Of a stretch of DNA of 64,000 nt, positions 37,392 to 46,739 are shown one piece after another. The DNA is from a virus, in the IMG/VR virus record IMGVR_UViG_3300027736_002225; one strand, 5' to 3'. The notes under the pieces are model-generated. The model was not told the DNA's origin, searched no databases, and saw only the letters and a program-made list of their open reading frames with translations. The first letter of the stretch is position 1. Each line of letters starts with the position of its first letter. A program made the translations under genes and the position numbers.

Positions 37392-37399
37392 TATTTATA
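37392..37399 (-). promoter_or_regulatory. T4-type late promoter of the sugar operon
   Basis: TATAAATA between the cobS-like terminator and gmd. Confidence 0.7.
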
Positions 37400-37413
37400 A
37401 GTCTAAAATAGGT

Positions 37414-37436
37414 AAAAGGGCGCATAAGCGCCCTTT
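37414..37436 (-). terminator. Rho-independent terminator
   Basis: AAAGGGCGC-TTAT-GCGCCCTTTT. Confidence 0.75.
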
Positions 37437-37453
37437 GGTTAAATTAAAAATTC

Positions 37454-38635
37454 TTAGAATGGAATTTCATCTTCGGGAGGAGTAATAGGAACAATTTTTT
37501 GCTCATCTACTTTTTCTTCTTCTTTAGGTGCTTCCATTTTCTTATAGAGATCCATAAAAGAATTCTTCGTGTCTCCATCAAAGCGATTGATACAAAGCTC
37601 AATTGCCTTTTGACGATCTTTAAACATTGAGAATGCTTTTACAATGTGAACAAGACGTCGGGTAGAAATCAGTTCATCAATCGCATCTTCAAGATATGTC
37701 TTACGAATAACTTCAGCCCAAGTAACCAACTTGTCTGCAAAATCGGCATCTTCACATCCCAACTCTTTCATGTTGTTGATAATAATCTTATGCTCGATTT
37801 TAGCATTAGGATATTCTTGTTCAACAGTAATAGGGAAACGCTCAAGGAATGCCTCATCAAGAATTTGTGCTGCAATATACTTGCCGCTATCAGAGCCTTG
37901 ACCTTTAGTATTTGCTGTAGCAACAACTGTAAAACCAGGTGCAGGATAAATTACGTCGCCATTCTTTTTATTGAAATATGGCTTGCCTTCAAGAATACCT
38001 TGAATACACATTAGTTTATTACTACCACGATCAATTTCGTCAATTAACAAAACTGCTCCACGTCGCATTGCGAGAATAACTGGACCTTCACGGAAAGTTA
38101 CGTTACCGTCAATCAATGTAGATCCACCAACAAGATCATCCTCATCTGTTTCAATAGAAACATTAACCCGGACACACTCTCGTTTTAGTTTAGAACAAAC
38201 TTGTTCAACCATAGTTGTTTTACCATTACCAGTTAGACCAGTAATGAAAACAGGATAAAACACTTTAGATTTAAGGATGGATTCTAGATCTCGGAAAAAT
38301 CCGAAAGGAACATAATTGTCATCTTTAATAGGTACTAGATTTTCCACTTCTGTAACCAATCGCTTTTGCCGAAGGGGAACAACTTGTGCATGCAATGCGG
38401 GCATTTCTTCTTTCATAATATTCGTATTTGTAGTAGTTTTAGGGATATCGTTATCTGATACATCTAGATTTAATACACCGCGACTTGCTCGGTATTTAGC
38501 ACCATTAATCAACCAAAAAGGAGTTTTAATTCCTTTTTGTTCAAGATAAGCAATGACAGCTTTTCGCGATGCCGTCTTACCAAAATTAGTTACTAGATCT
38601 GTAATAAGTTGTTTTTTATCAATATCGGTTTTCAT
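37454..38635 (-). CDS. CobS/MoxR-like AAA+ ATPase
   Basis: GLTGNGKT, DEDDLVGG, LIDEID, ATANTKG, AFLERF, STRRLV. Confidence 0.9.
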   Translation of the reverse strand: MKTDIDKKQLITDLVTNFGKTASRKAVIAYLEQKGIKTPFWLINGAKYRASRGVLNLDVSDNDIPKTTTNTNIMKEEMPALHAQVVPLRQKRLVTEVENLVPIKDDNYVPFGFFRDLESILKSKVFYPVFITGLTGNGKTTMVEQVCSKLKRECVRVNVSIETDEDDLVGGSTLIDGNVTFREGPVILAMRRGAVLLIDEIDRGSNKLMCIQGILEGKPYFNKKNGDVIYPAPGFTVVATANTKGQGSDSGKYIAAQILDEAFLERFPITVEQEYPNAKIEHKIIINNMKELGCEDADFADKLVTWAEVIRKTYLEDAIDELISTRRLVHIVKAFSMFKDRQKAIELCINRFDGDTKNSFMDLYKKMEAPKEEEKVDEQKIVPITPPEDEIPF

Positions 38636-38646
38636 AATATAGTCCT

Positions 38647-38694
38647 GGGGATGGGGATGGGGATGGGGATGGGGATAGGGATAGGGATAGGGAT
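38647..38694 (+). repeat. hexamer tandem array (GGGGAT)5(AGGGAT)3
   Basis: Read directly from the sequence. Confidence 0.95.
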
Positions 38695-38705
38695 TTCACA
38701 AAATA

Positions 38706-38734
38706 ATTATAACATCTTTTGAAGATCGTGTCAA
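38706..38734 (-). promoter_or_regulatory. sigma70-type promoter of the cobS-like gene
   Basis: TTGACA-N17-TATAAT. Confidence 0.8.
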
Positions 38735-40899
38735 GCGATTTCTTCAATAAATTTGTTCAAAAGTATCCGATTCATCAATTTAGATTTACGATTCTTAATA
38801 AAAGCCTTCATAAGATCTTTTTTCGATGTATCGCTGGTCACTACCATTTCTCCATCTTCAATAACTAGATCATCCGAAACAACCAAAAAATACTTATCAT
38901 ATGCATATGTTGATAAAGAATAAAATTTGTCTTTTCGAATTTTGCCAATAATATTTGTAGAATCTTCTTTATTTTGCAGCCCACTTGTATCCAAAATTCT
39001 TTGCACAACTCCTCTTGAAGATCTGCTCATAATATAATATCCTACAAGATTTGTGTCTGTACGTTTTTTGAGCAAATCTAGAAGAGCTGCGGTAACAGGT
39101 TGACCAGGTGCAGCGTATCCTGATATTTTTGTTTTTGGATCAGTTACTACAATATTTGAAGATATTCGATAACCTAATCCATAATATGAATTTGCATCTC
39201 TTTGTGTACCTTCGGGAGTAACTATTTGATTCAAATAATTACCTTCTCCGTCTGTAAGGAAAATAGTATTAACAATATCCAATTTATACATTTCTTTAAA
39301 CACGGGTATAAAATGATTTGCAAATATAACCGCTTCATTTAAAGGAGTCGAATTTAGCTCCCATCCAGCTGGGATATCAGCATATCTTATATACCGAGAA
39401 TTAGTATAAATTGCACCAAATTGTAATAATTTTTTCTGCGCAAAATTATATTGAGCAGTTGTCATACTATTGGATAACAATTCAAAACTTTTATAAGCGT
39501 AACCATTTATTGCCAAATCTAATGGATTCTTTGAAAAAGTTGCATGATGTTTACCTGCAAGATATCCAGGAAGACCATACTTATTCTTAATAAATGATTC
39601 AACGACTCCGCCTGATGAATCTGTAAAAGAAAATACTCGGAAAGGAATATTTACTTTTTTGCAAAAATCTGCAAGCACTAGCGTCTGTTCAATTGTTTGA
39701 GTAATATTGTCGGTCATTGAACCTGACCAATCTATAAACATTATCATTCCATGATTCTTACCACCTGGAATTTTAGTAACACGTTTAAAAAGATCTTCAT
39801 TATATTTGTAACTAAAAATTTTATCTAGATTTAATTCTCCAGTTTTAGAAACTTTTGCTCGAGCAAATTGAGCTGCGTTTCGTTTTAGTTCAAACTCTTT
39901 AACAAGATATTGAATAAACTTGCCATTAGTTTGTTTGTAGTTTGCAAGGAGAGTATTTGCATCTTTGTGCCGGTCATTATTATCGAGCGATTCCCAATTA
40001 GTATTCTTATATAGGTAATCGTGAGGAATAATTACATCCTCAATTTTTACATTTGGTAAATTGAAATACTTATATGGGCGAACATCATTCGATAACAAAT
40101 CTGCTTCACGACTGCGAAATTCTTGATCTGTAATAGAACTTGGATCGTTCTTACCGGCATTTTTATTTTTTGCTCGAGATTCGCCTGTCTCACCGTCTTC
40201 GCCGTCTTGGTCATCATCGCCAAAATCATCAGAATCAGAATCAAATTCAATATCAAAGTCATCAGAGAATTCTCCATCGAGATCTTCGATGTCGCCGGTG
40301 ATTCTAAGTTTTTTACGTTGTTCTAATTTTACCTCATCCTCATTTATTGCCTTTTGATTGTTATACAATTCTTTTGCAATAGTTAGAACCTCGTCCCAAG
40401 ATTTTAGAGAGTCAATTCGTTTGATGTAAACCTGTTCCTCATCTGAAAAAGGTACAGCCATAAAAGGACCTACCTTAAAATGCAGATTGATACGATCAAT
40501 GAATGGCAGAGTATTTACATCAATATCGTTGATACCGAAGAAATCTTTTTCAACTAAATCTTTATATGCTTTATAAAAAGATGAACGTAGACCAGGGTAT
40601 CGAATTTTAATACATTTCTCGATGCGGGCATCTTCGATTACGTTAAGATAAGATTTGAATCCTGGAGTATGGCCACGCACCGCGTCGTGCCAACCATCGG
40701 GAGGAGTTTCCCAAGCATGCCCTACTTCATGCCCAACAAGAAGGTCATATATATCACCGCTCATTTCTTTCCAAATAGGAAGAACAAGAATTCGGTTCTT
40801 AGGATCAAAGTATGCGGTAGAAGTTTTCTTATGTTGCACAGAGATGTTTTCTTGTGCAAGCAGCTTTGCAAGAATAGATTTTGAGTTTGCTAGTGACAT
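38731..40899 (-). CDS. CobT-like protein: HExxH peptidase domain, acidic linker and vWA domain
   Basis: GHEVGH, NVIEDARIE, DWSGSM (MIDAS), STPL, FLTDGE. Confidence 0.85.
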   Translation of the reverse strand: MSLANSKSILAKLLAQENISVQHKKTSTAYFDPKNRILVLPIWKEMSGDIYDLLVGHEVGHAWETPPDGWHDAVRGHTPGFKSYLNVIEDARIEKCIKIRYPGLRSSFYKAYKDLVEKDFFGINDIDVNTLPFIDRINLHFKVGPFMAVPFSDEEQVYIKRIDSLKSWDEVLTIAKELYNNQKAINEDEVKLEQRKKLRITGDIEDLDGEFSDDFDIEFDSDSDDFGDDDQDGEDGETGESRAKNKNAGKNDPSSITDQEFRSREADLLSNDVRPYKYFNLPNVKIEDVIIPHDYLYKNTNWESLDNNDRHKDANTLLANYKQTNGKFIQYLVKEFELKRNAAQFARAKVSKTGELNLDKIFSYKYNEDLFKRVTKIPGGKNHGMIMFIDWSGSMTDNITQTIEQTLVLADFCKKVNIPFRVFSFTDSSGGVVESFIKNKYGLPGYLAGKHHATFSKNPLDLAINGYAYKSFELLSNSMTTAQYNFAQKKLLQFGAIYTNSRYIRYADIPAGWELNSTPLNEAVIFANHFIPVFKEMYKLDIVNTIFLTDGEGNYLNQIVTPEGTQRDANSYYGLGYRISSNIVVTDPKTKISGYAAPGQPVTAALLDLLKKRTDTNLVGYYIMSRSSRGVVQRILDTSGLQNKEDSTNIIGKIRKDKFYSLSTYAYDKYFLVVSDDLVIEDGEMVVTSDTSKKDLMKAFIKNRKSKLMNRILLNKFIEEIA

Positions 40900-40922
40900 G
40901 GTTTTTTCCTTACTGATGCTAT

Positions 40923-40951
40923 ATTATAACACCTTTTAGTAAAGAAGTCAA
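40923..40951 (-). promoter_or_regulatory. sigma70-type promoter
   Basis: TTGACT-N17-TATAAT. Confidence 0.7.
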
Positions 40952-40958
40952 GCACTTT

Positions 40959-41363
40959 TTACGCCGCGGGCGGACGTGTGATAGCCAAAATTTTAGATAT
41001 TTGAGCTTCTATAATGGGTTTTCTGTTCGGCCATTTGATAAAATCTTTATCGGGATTCTTCAAAAGATTTGCCAAAAGGGGCATGATTAAGGCTTCAACT
41101 TTGCTTAATTTTTCAGCAACATCTTTTTCAATTAATTGTCGATATGCATCGGTATCAAAATTTGCACCAGAACCAGCTTTTACAAGTTCTTCCAAATTAT
41201 CAACCTTATTTAAAAGTGCAGCAATTTTATTTTCAATACCCGAGGTATCTACAACAGGAGCAGCTACTTGTACAGGTTTTTCAACTATGGATTCTTCCGA
41301 ATCTACAGCAGTAAACCCAAAATCAAATATTTCAGTATATTCAGTTGGAATCTTTGTGCTCAT
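40959..41363 (-). CDS. conserved hypothetical phage protein
   Basis: FDFGFTAV and PLLANLLKNPDKDFIKWPNR motifs. Confidence 0.75.
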   Translation of the reverse strand: MSTKIPTEYTEIFDFGFTAVDSEESIVEKPVQVAAPVVDTSGIENKIAALLNKVDNLEELVKAGSGANFDTDAYRQLIEKDVAEKLSKVEALIMPLLANLLKNPDKDFIKWPNRKPIIEAQISKILAITRPPAA

Positions 41364-41916
41364 TTAGTGCCTCTACCATTGTTTTAACTGCGTACTTTTT
41401 AATTATCTTTTTACGTTTATTTTCAAATTTCTTTTTTGCAAAATCTAATTTAAATTTAGAAACTCGGTGTGTAAAATCTGTTCCATTCATATGATCAAAT
41501 TCATGTTGGAAAATTCTAGCTGTTAGTCCTTTGAATTCATTCTCAACAACTTCGCCTTTTTCATTTTGATATTTAACTTTAACGGTTGTTGGGCGTTTAA
41601 TATTTAGCATTATACCTGGATATGATAAACAACCTTCGTTATAATTTTCTTCTTTAACATTGTATTCAACAATTTCTGGATTGAATATTGCAATTTTTGT
41701 ATCACCTAAACCCATTACAAATACTCGCATATCAAGTCCTACTTGGTTAGCACTTAGACCAACGCCTCCCAATTGTTTCATTCTTTCAAATAGAACATTT
41801 GAAACATTAGTAGCACTTTTGCCATCCTTCTTAAAATCAAAAAGATTTGGAGTTTTTGTCATAACCTCCGCAGTAGGTTCAACTAAAGTTAATTTGTCTT
41901 TTCTTAATATAATCAT
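41341..41916 (-). CDS. def: peptide deformylase
   Basis: GVGLSANQ, EGCLS, QHEFDH. Confidence 0.95.
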   Translation of the reverse strand: MIILRKDKLTLVEPTAEVMTKTPNLFDFKKDGKSATNVSNVLFERMKQLGGVGLSANQVGLDMRVFVMGLGDTKIAIFNPEIVEYNVKEENYNEGCLSYPGIMLNIKRPTTVKVKYQNEKGEVVENEFKGLTARIFQHEFDHMNGTDFTHRVSKFKLDFAKKKFENKRKKIIKKYAVKTMVEALNEHKDSN

Positions 41917-43631
41917 ACTACTATTCTACTAAAATTTTGATACTTTTGAAATTTAATCACTGATTTAAATTTGTCAATCAATTGATCGCCTTTATGTGAA
42001 ATTACAAACACATTTGTATCATCACTTATGGTATTCAACAAATTCATAACGTAATCCGTACCGTTTGCATCTAATGAGGAGTCAAATACTTCATCCAATA
42101 GTAATAGATTGGTACTTGCACTATTCTTCATCTTTGCAATTGTTCGCCATGTAAATAACAGCGCCAAATCAATTCTTTGCTTTTCACCTTCACTAAAAGA
42201 TGCATAACTAAATTCATCTCTATGTCTAGATTTAATTGTCTCATTAAATGATTCATCTAGTTCAAAGTGGACAAAGAAATCCATTGCTGTTAAATACTTA
42301 TTTACTAACTTATTTATTACCGGCAAGTATTGTCTAATAATTTTAGTTTTAATGCCCGTATCTTTTAATAAAGAACCAGCTGCTTCGTGATAAAACTTAT
42401 CCTCATTTATCTTTGATCTATCAGAAACTAAATCTACAATTTCTTTTGCCATTGACTTTAAATTTATTTTCTCATTAGTCAATGATGTTAGCGTGTCATC
42501 TTTTTGTTCTAGATCAGCCATCAATTTTTTAATGTAGCTTTGAGACGCAATCATAGAATTGTTTACTCTCAAAATTGATACTTGAACATTTGACATTGAT
42601 TTTTTAATATCCTCAATCTCAGTAAGACGTGTCTCAACTTCTGTAATTTTTTCGTTAATTTGATCTAATGCAGATGTAACTTCTTCAATTTTATGTGTAT
42701 GTTTTTCAACAGTTATTGTCTTTAGATCATTGGAAATATTCTGATTACAGGTTGGACAATTGTCGTGTTCCTCGTAAAAATTAATTTCGTTTTTAGCTTT
42801 TTTAATTCTATCAGTAAGATTCTTATACAGATTATTTAATTCTGTTTTCTTTTTTGCTTGTTCATCAGAATCAGATACACTCAATTCATACACTGCATAT
42901 ATATCTTGTAGATCTTCTAATTGTGTAGACAATGCTGCAATTTCTGCAGTTGATTCATCAATCTTAGTTTGGACATCATTTTCACGTTTCTTTTTATCTT
43001 CTTCCAACTGAAGAATGTATCCTTGTTGTACTTTTACTTTGTGCTTTCCGATTTCAATCTTGCCATCTAAATCTTTAATTGCATCCTTTAAAGAATTTAT
43101 CTTATCCTTAAGCACAGTATTCATTACAGAAAATATTTGAATATCTAAAATATCCTCAATAATTTCTCTTCGATACCCTAGGGATAATTGCATAAAGGGA
43201 GTAAAAGAAGCGGATCCTAAAATTACAATCTGAGTAAACGATTTATAATTTAATTTTAGAATGCTTTCTTCTAAGTATTTCTGATAATCTCTTGATGCTG
43301 CATCTTGATTAAGAATAACACCGTCGCAATAGATTTCAAAAACATTCGGTTTCATTCCCCGAACAATTCTATAATCTTTTTTACCAATAGAAAATTCTAC
43401 CTCAACCGCAAGATTCTTGCCGTTGATAGTATTCATTAGTTGCGGTTTATTAATACTACGAAATGGTTTATTAAAAAGACCAAAGCAAATAGCATCAAGA
43501 ATTGTACTTTTGCCGGCACCGTTTTCACCAACAATTAAAGTAGATGGCGATGCCTCAAATTCTATTTCTGTAAATTGGCCGCCGGTTGATAAGAAATTTT
43601 TCCATCGTATTTTTGTAAATCTTATACTCAT
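41913..43631 (-). CDS. 46: recombination endonuclease ATPase subunit (gp46, Rad50-like)
   Basis: GENGAGKS, CPTC zinc hook, FSEGEKQR, LLDEVFD. Confidence 0.95.
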   Translation of the reverse strand: MSIRFTKIRWKNFLSTGGQFTEIEFEASPSTLIVGENGAGKSTILDAICFGLFNKPFRSINKPQLMNTINGKNLAVEVEFSIGKKDYRIVRGMKPNVFEIYCDGVILNQDAASRDYQKYLEESILKLNYKSFTQIVILGSASFTPFMQLSLGYRREIIEDILDIQIFSVMNTVLKDKINSLKDAIKDLDGKIEIGKHKVKVQQGYILQLEEDKKKRENDVQTKIDESTAEIAALSTQLEDLQDIYAVYELSVSDSDEQAKKKTELNNLYKNLTDRIKKAKNEINFYEEHDNCPTCNQNISNDLKTITVEKHTHKIEEVTSALDQINEKITEVETRLTEIEDIKKSMSNVQVSILRVNNSMIASQSYIKKLMADLEQKDDTLTSLTNEKINLKSMAKEIVDLVSDRSKINEDKFYHEAAGSLLKDTGIKTKIIRQYLPVINKLVNKYLTAMDFFVHFELDESFNETIKSRHRDEFSYASFSEGEKQRIDLALLFTWRTIAKMKNSASTNLLLLDEVFDSSLDANGTDYVMNLLNTISDDTNVFVISHKGDQLIDKFKSVIKFQKYQNFSRIVV

Positions 43632-44683
43632 GCTTCTTCGTAGTGTTGTGCTTCGACATACAATGTCTTAAGCAATGTCTTCAATCGTTCTTTGTCCGCA
43701 TCTGTTTCAATACTATCAACATAACCAGTAAGCAATGTCATAGTATCTTCTAGATCAATAGCATCATCCAATGCCTCAGATTCAAACTCGGAAAAATCCT
43801 CAATAATTTTAACTTCAAGTGGATCTTGTTTATAGATACGTTCTATAAACTTATCAAACTTGTGAAAGTCTCTCTTCTTAACTACAACAATTTTTATATG
43901 TTGTGTCTCAAAAGTTTTAACATCAATAGTATCAGGATCCGTTGTTTCATCATTATAATAATACTTTGTAAAAATAGTATATGGATTTTGTACAAACTCT
44001 AAAGAATGATCTTCAGTATCAAAGATAAAGAATCCTTTTGGATCGCTTTCATCATTCCATGTTAATTCGTAAGGAGTACCTAGATATGAGATATTTCCCT
44101 CACTAGATTTAGTATGAAAATGTCCGCTTAATACGTGTTTGTACTGTTTAAAATAACTACGATCAAATCCTTCATGGTTATCAATACCCCGCATCATTTG
44201 AAATCCGGAAATTTCAAAATGTCCGATACAATAATCAGAAGAACTTGCATCCATAAATGCAGCAATTTCTGTTTCGTTATCTTTGCAAATCCAGGGAATT
44301 ATATCAAACTGAACACCATCAAATTTTATTATACCTGGCTCTTGGAAAATAGTAATGTTACCATAGTCCTTTAACAATAAATCTGGAGAATTTACGCTAA
44401 GACTTTCTTTCCAGAATATATCATGATTGCCAACCAATGTAATTAGTTTAATACCATTGGCTTCCATGGGATCAAAGAAATACCGTCGGGATTCTGCAAG
44501 CGAATGAAAATTAATATACTTCCTGCGATCAAATAGATCTCCTAATTGAACAACAGTATCAATATTGTTGTCTTTTAGATACGGAAATAATATATTGGTA
44601 TAAAATTTTTCATAGTACGCATGAAATGCTTTTGAGTCATTTCTAACTCCAAAATGCGTATCTCCCAACAAACAAATCTTCAT
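43628..44683 (-). CDS. 47: recombination endonuclease nuclease subunit (gp47, Mre11-like)
   Basis: GDTHFG, GDLFD, GNHD, GHFH. Confidence 0.95.
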   Translation of the reverse strand: MKICLLGDTHFGVRNDSKAFHAYYEKFYTNILFPYLKDNNIDTVVQLGDLFDRRKYINFHSLAESRRYFFDPMEANGIKLITLVGNHDIFWKESLSVNSPDLLLKDYGNITIFQEPGIIKFDGVQFDIIPWICKDNETEIAAFMDASSSDYCIGHFEISGFQMMRGIDNHEGFDRSYFKQYKHVLSGHFHTKSSEGNISYLGTPYELTWNDESDPKGFFIFDTEDHSLEFVQNPYTIFTKYYYNDETTDPDTIDVKTFETQHIKIVVVKKRDFHKFDKFIERIYKQDPLEVKIIEDFSEFESEALDDAIDLEDTMTLLTGYVDSIETDADKERLKTLLKTLYVEAQHYEEA

Positions 44684-44684
44684 A

Positions 44685-45158
44685 TTAATCTTTAAATTCG
44701 TTATCTTCTCTATGTCCTACACGCATTGCCATGTTAGCATCAGTTTCTCTTACTTGCACTTTGCAACACCATACACGATCCTTTTCACCATAGTTAGGTA
44801 AGAAAATTGTGTTTATGTATTCATAAAGAAAATCGGCAATGCCCTCACATCCAGTCTTTTCAACTTCTGTAATCTTTGCTAATTTTAATGTGCCTAGATG
44901 CAATAGATGTTCTCGCATTGGATCATCCTGTGCAACTAACAATGTGTGGTCAAACCAGTCTTCAAGTAGACCTTTAAGTGGTTTTAGTCCACCAAAGTCC
45001 ATACACCAATTGCGGGCATCTAATGTATCACACTCAAATTCTAAATGGAATGAAAGTGCATATCCATGAATTAAATTGCAATGACTATCTGCACGCCATT
45101 GTCTATATGCTACGGGACCAATCTGATTATAAGTTTTTGTAGAAATGTATTTTGCCAT
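44685..45158 (-). CDS. queD: 6-carboxy-5,6,7,8-tetrahydropterin synthase QueD
   Basis: HCNLIHGY, DFGGLK, FDHTLL, GCE, RET. Confidence 0.85.
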   Translation of the reverse strand: MAKYISTKTYNQIGPVAYRQWRADSHCNLIHGYALSFHLEFECDTLDARNWCMDFGGLKPLKGLLEDWFDHTLLVAQDDPMREHLLHLGTLKLAKITEVEKTGCEGIADFLYEYINTIFLPNYGEKDRVWCCKVQVRETDANMAMRVGHREDNEFKD

Positions 45159-45164
45159 GTTTAT

Positions 45165-45259
45165 TCTCCTATGTTATCATAGGCGGCGGAATTTATAAAG
45201 CGGGACGATGCCGGTAGACCGCTATGTGATATATTATATATTACTTAAACATAGCGGTC
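45165..45259 (-). promoter_or_regulatory. switch-like structured leader of queD
   Basis: Pseudoknot, an SD-overlapping hairpin and an 11-bp inverted repeat; see findings. Confidence 0.55.
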
Positions 45260-45261
45260 AA
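45233..45261 (-). promoter_or_regulatory. sigma70-type promoter of queD
   Basis: TTGACC-N17-TATAAT. Confidence 0.65.
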
Positions 45262-46314
45262 TACATTAGCAGAAAAGAATTTTTCCGTTAAGTACGATGC
45301 TTGTTTGCGAACGTGATACTTATATTGATCGTGATTATTCATGTATTGAACAATTTTATAACATAAGTCTTGTCGATGCACTTCGTATGCTTCAAATGAT
45401 TCTGTCCATTCACTAGGATATTTGAACATATCATTGTACATTTCCGTATAGGATAAACGATCTGGCACCATAGGAATAGCATCTACAATGGCACCTTCGT
45501 AACAACTAATACCCAATGTTTCTTGTAGGTTTGCACTAAATACAATCTTAGCACGACCTAGCAGTTTGTGATATTCATGTTTATCTAATTGCGTATCTTG
45601 ACAAACAACAAACTCATATTGAGGTAAATGTTTAGCCAAGTCTCGGAAAATTTCAACTTGTTTTTCTGGTGCAAGTCGATGAGGGAACAAAATTAATTCG
45701 CGCTTCGGAGTTGTATTATAGTTTTCTAATGTGTCAACCATATATTCCATCGGCCAACCTGAGCGAACAATCTTACCTTGTTCAATCATAGTGATCTTCC
45801 ATTCGTCATCCACTGTTTCGCTAAATGTCTCAGCAAACAAATCAATATGAAAATCAGTAGCAAAATAGTTATGGTCAATAGCGTGAAAGAAACTTTGTTC
45901 GGCATGTCTCACCCAAGGAGCATCTCCAATGAGACGACCTAAAAAGTCTTGAGGATCATAACTGCCAGCGTGCCATAGTGCGTGAATAGTTACAGGAATC
46001 TGTAACAGCTCACTCATGTATTTTAAATTAATAATGCCAGGATGCCAAGCGTCAGTAAATAGAAAGTGATCACCAGCATTAATGGATCCGCTACAAAACA
46101 GGCGACCCATCTGCTCAACTTGACTAGATTTGTATATATTAGTCCCGCCAAAATTAAGGAAAGCACCAGGGGTAGTAACACTAGGAATATTAGTAGGTCC
46201 GCATATAACTTCAATATCCGCTGTCTTTTTAAGTAATTGGGGTACATGATATTTCCATTGTTCAGTGTATCGTGTGTCTACTGCCTCTAAATCAACAATA
46301 AATATTTTAGCCAT
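45241..46314 (-). CDS. GT-B glycosyltransferase
   Basis: FPHRLAPEK, ANLQETLGISCYEG (E-x7-E), PDRLSY. Confidence 0.75.
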   Translation of the reverse strand: MAKIFIVDLEAVDTRYTEQWKYHVPQLLKKTADIEVICGPTNIPSVTTPGAFLNFGGTNIYKSSQVEQMGRLFCSGSINAGDHFLFTDAWHPGIINLKYMSELLQIPVTIHALWHAGSYDPQDFLGRLIGDAPWVRHAEQSFFHAIDHNYFATDFHIDLFAETFSETVDDEWKITMIEQGKIVRSGWPMEYMVDTLENYNTTPKRELILFPHRLAPEKQVEIFRDLAKHLPQYEFVVCQDTQLDKHEYHKLLGRAKIVFSANLQETLGISCYEGAIVDAIPMVPDRLSYTEMYNDMFKYPSEWTESFEAYEVHRQDLCYKIVQYMNNHDQYKYHVRKQASYLTEKFFSANVLTAMFK

Positions 46315-46729
46315 GTGTTTGTTCAAAGTGAATTCTGCAACCGTTTTCGCCATCTTCTGATACTTCAATTACATAAGCACGTCCAGGCCATTTTGCAATT
46401 AATTTATCATATAGATCGTTTGCCATCATTTCACATGATTTATAATCCAATTGTAATGTGCCATCGCTATACCAGCGCTCCATAATTCTTTTTGCTTGAA
46501 TAAATTCAACATCTCGATTGTCATGAAATACTTCCATTTCGACCCGAAAATGGAACATATGCCGATGGCGATCTGCAAGAAAACTTACATCAAGCCAATG
46601 ATCTTCTGGGACTCCAAATCGACGTGTTGCCAATGATGGATCTGTTGCGGCATCGGGGTAACGATGAATGCCTTCTTTCTGAAAGGTAACCCAAATAAAA
46701 CTACTCTTTTTAACAATACTAGTATTCAT
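46307..46729 (-). CDS. QueD-like T-fold protein (candidate DpdL CDG decarboxylase)
   Basis: EGIH, HRHMFHF, SCE and VSEDGENG motifs parallel QueD; second paralog in the cluster. Confidence 0.55.
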   Translation of the reverse strand: MNTSIVKKSSFIWVTFQKEGIHRYPDAATDPSLATRRFGVPEDHWLDVSFLADRHRHMFHFRVEMEVFHDNRDVEFIQAKRIMERWYSDGTLQLDYKSCEMMANDLYDKLIAKWPGRAYVIEVSEDGENGCRIHFEQTHG

Positions 46730-46739
46730 AATATAATCC

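Noticed and set aside
38647-38694. CRISPR array or Pro-rich coding extension
   Set aside because: No spacers; the frame of the downstream gene has a stop just upstream and no start codon.
37454-40899. Cobalamin biosynthesis (cobS/cobT)
   Set aside because: No cobN or other cob genes; the partner has an HExxH peptidase plus vWA domain. This AAA+/vWA pair is common in T4-like phages and more likely acts as a chaperone.
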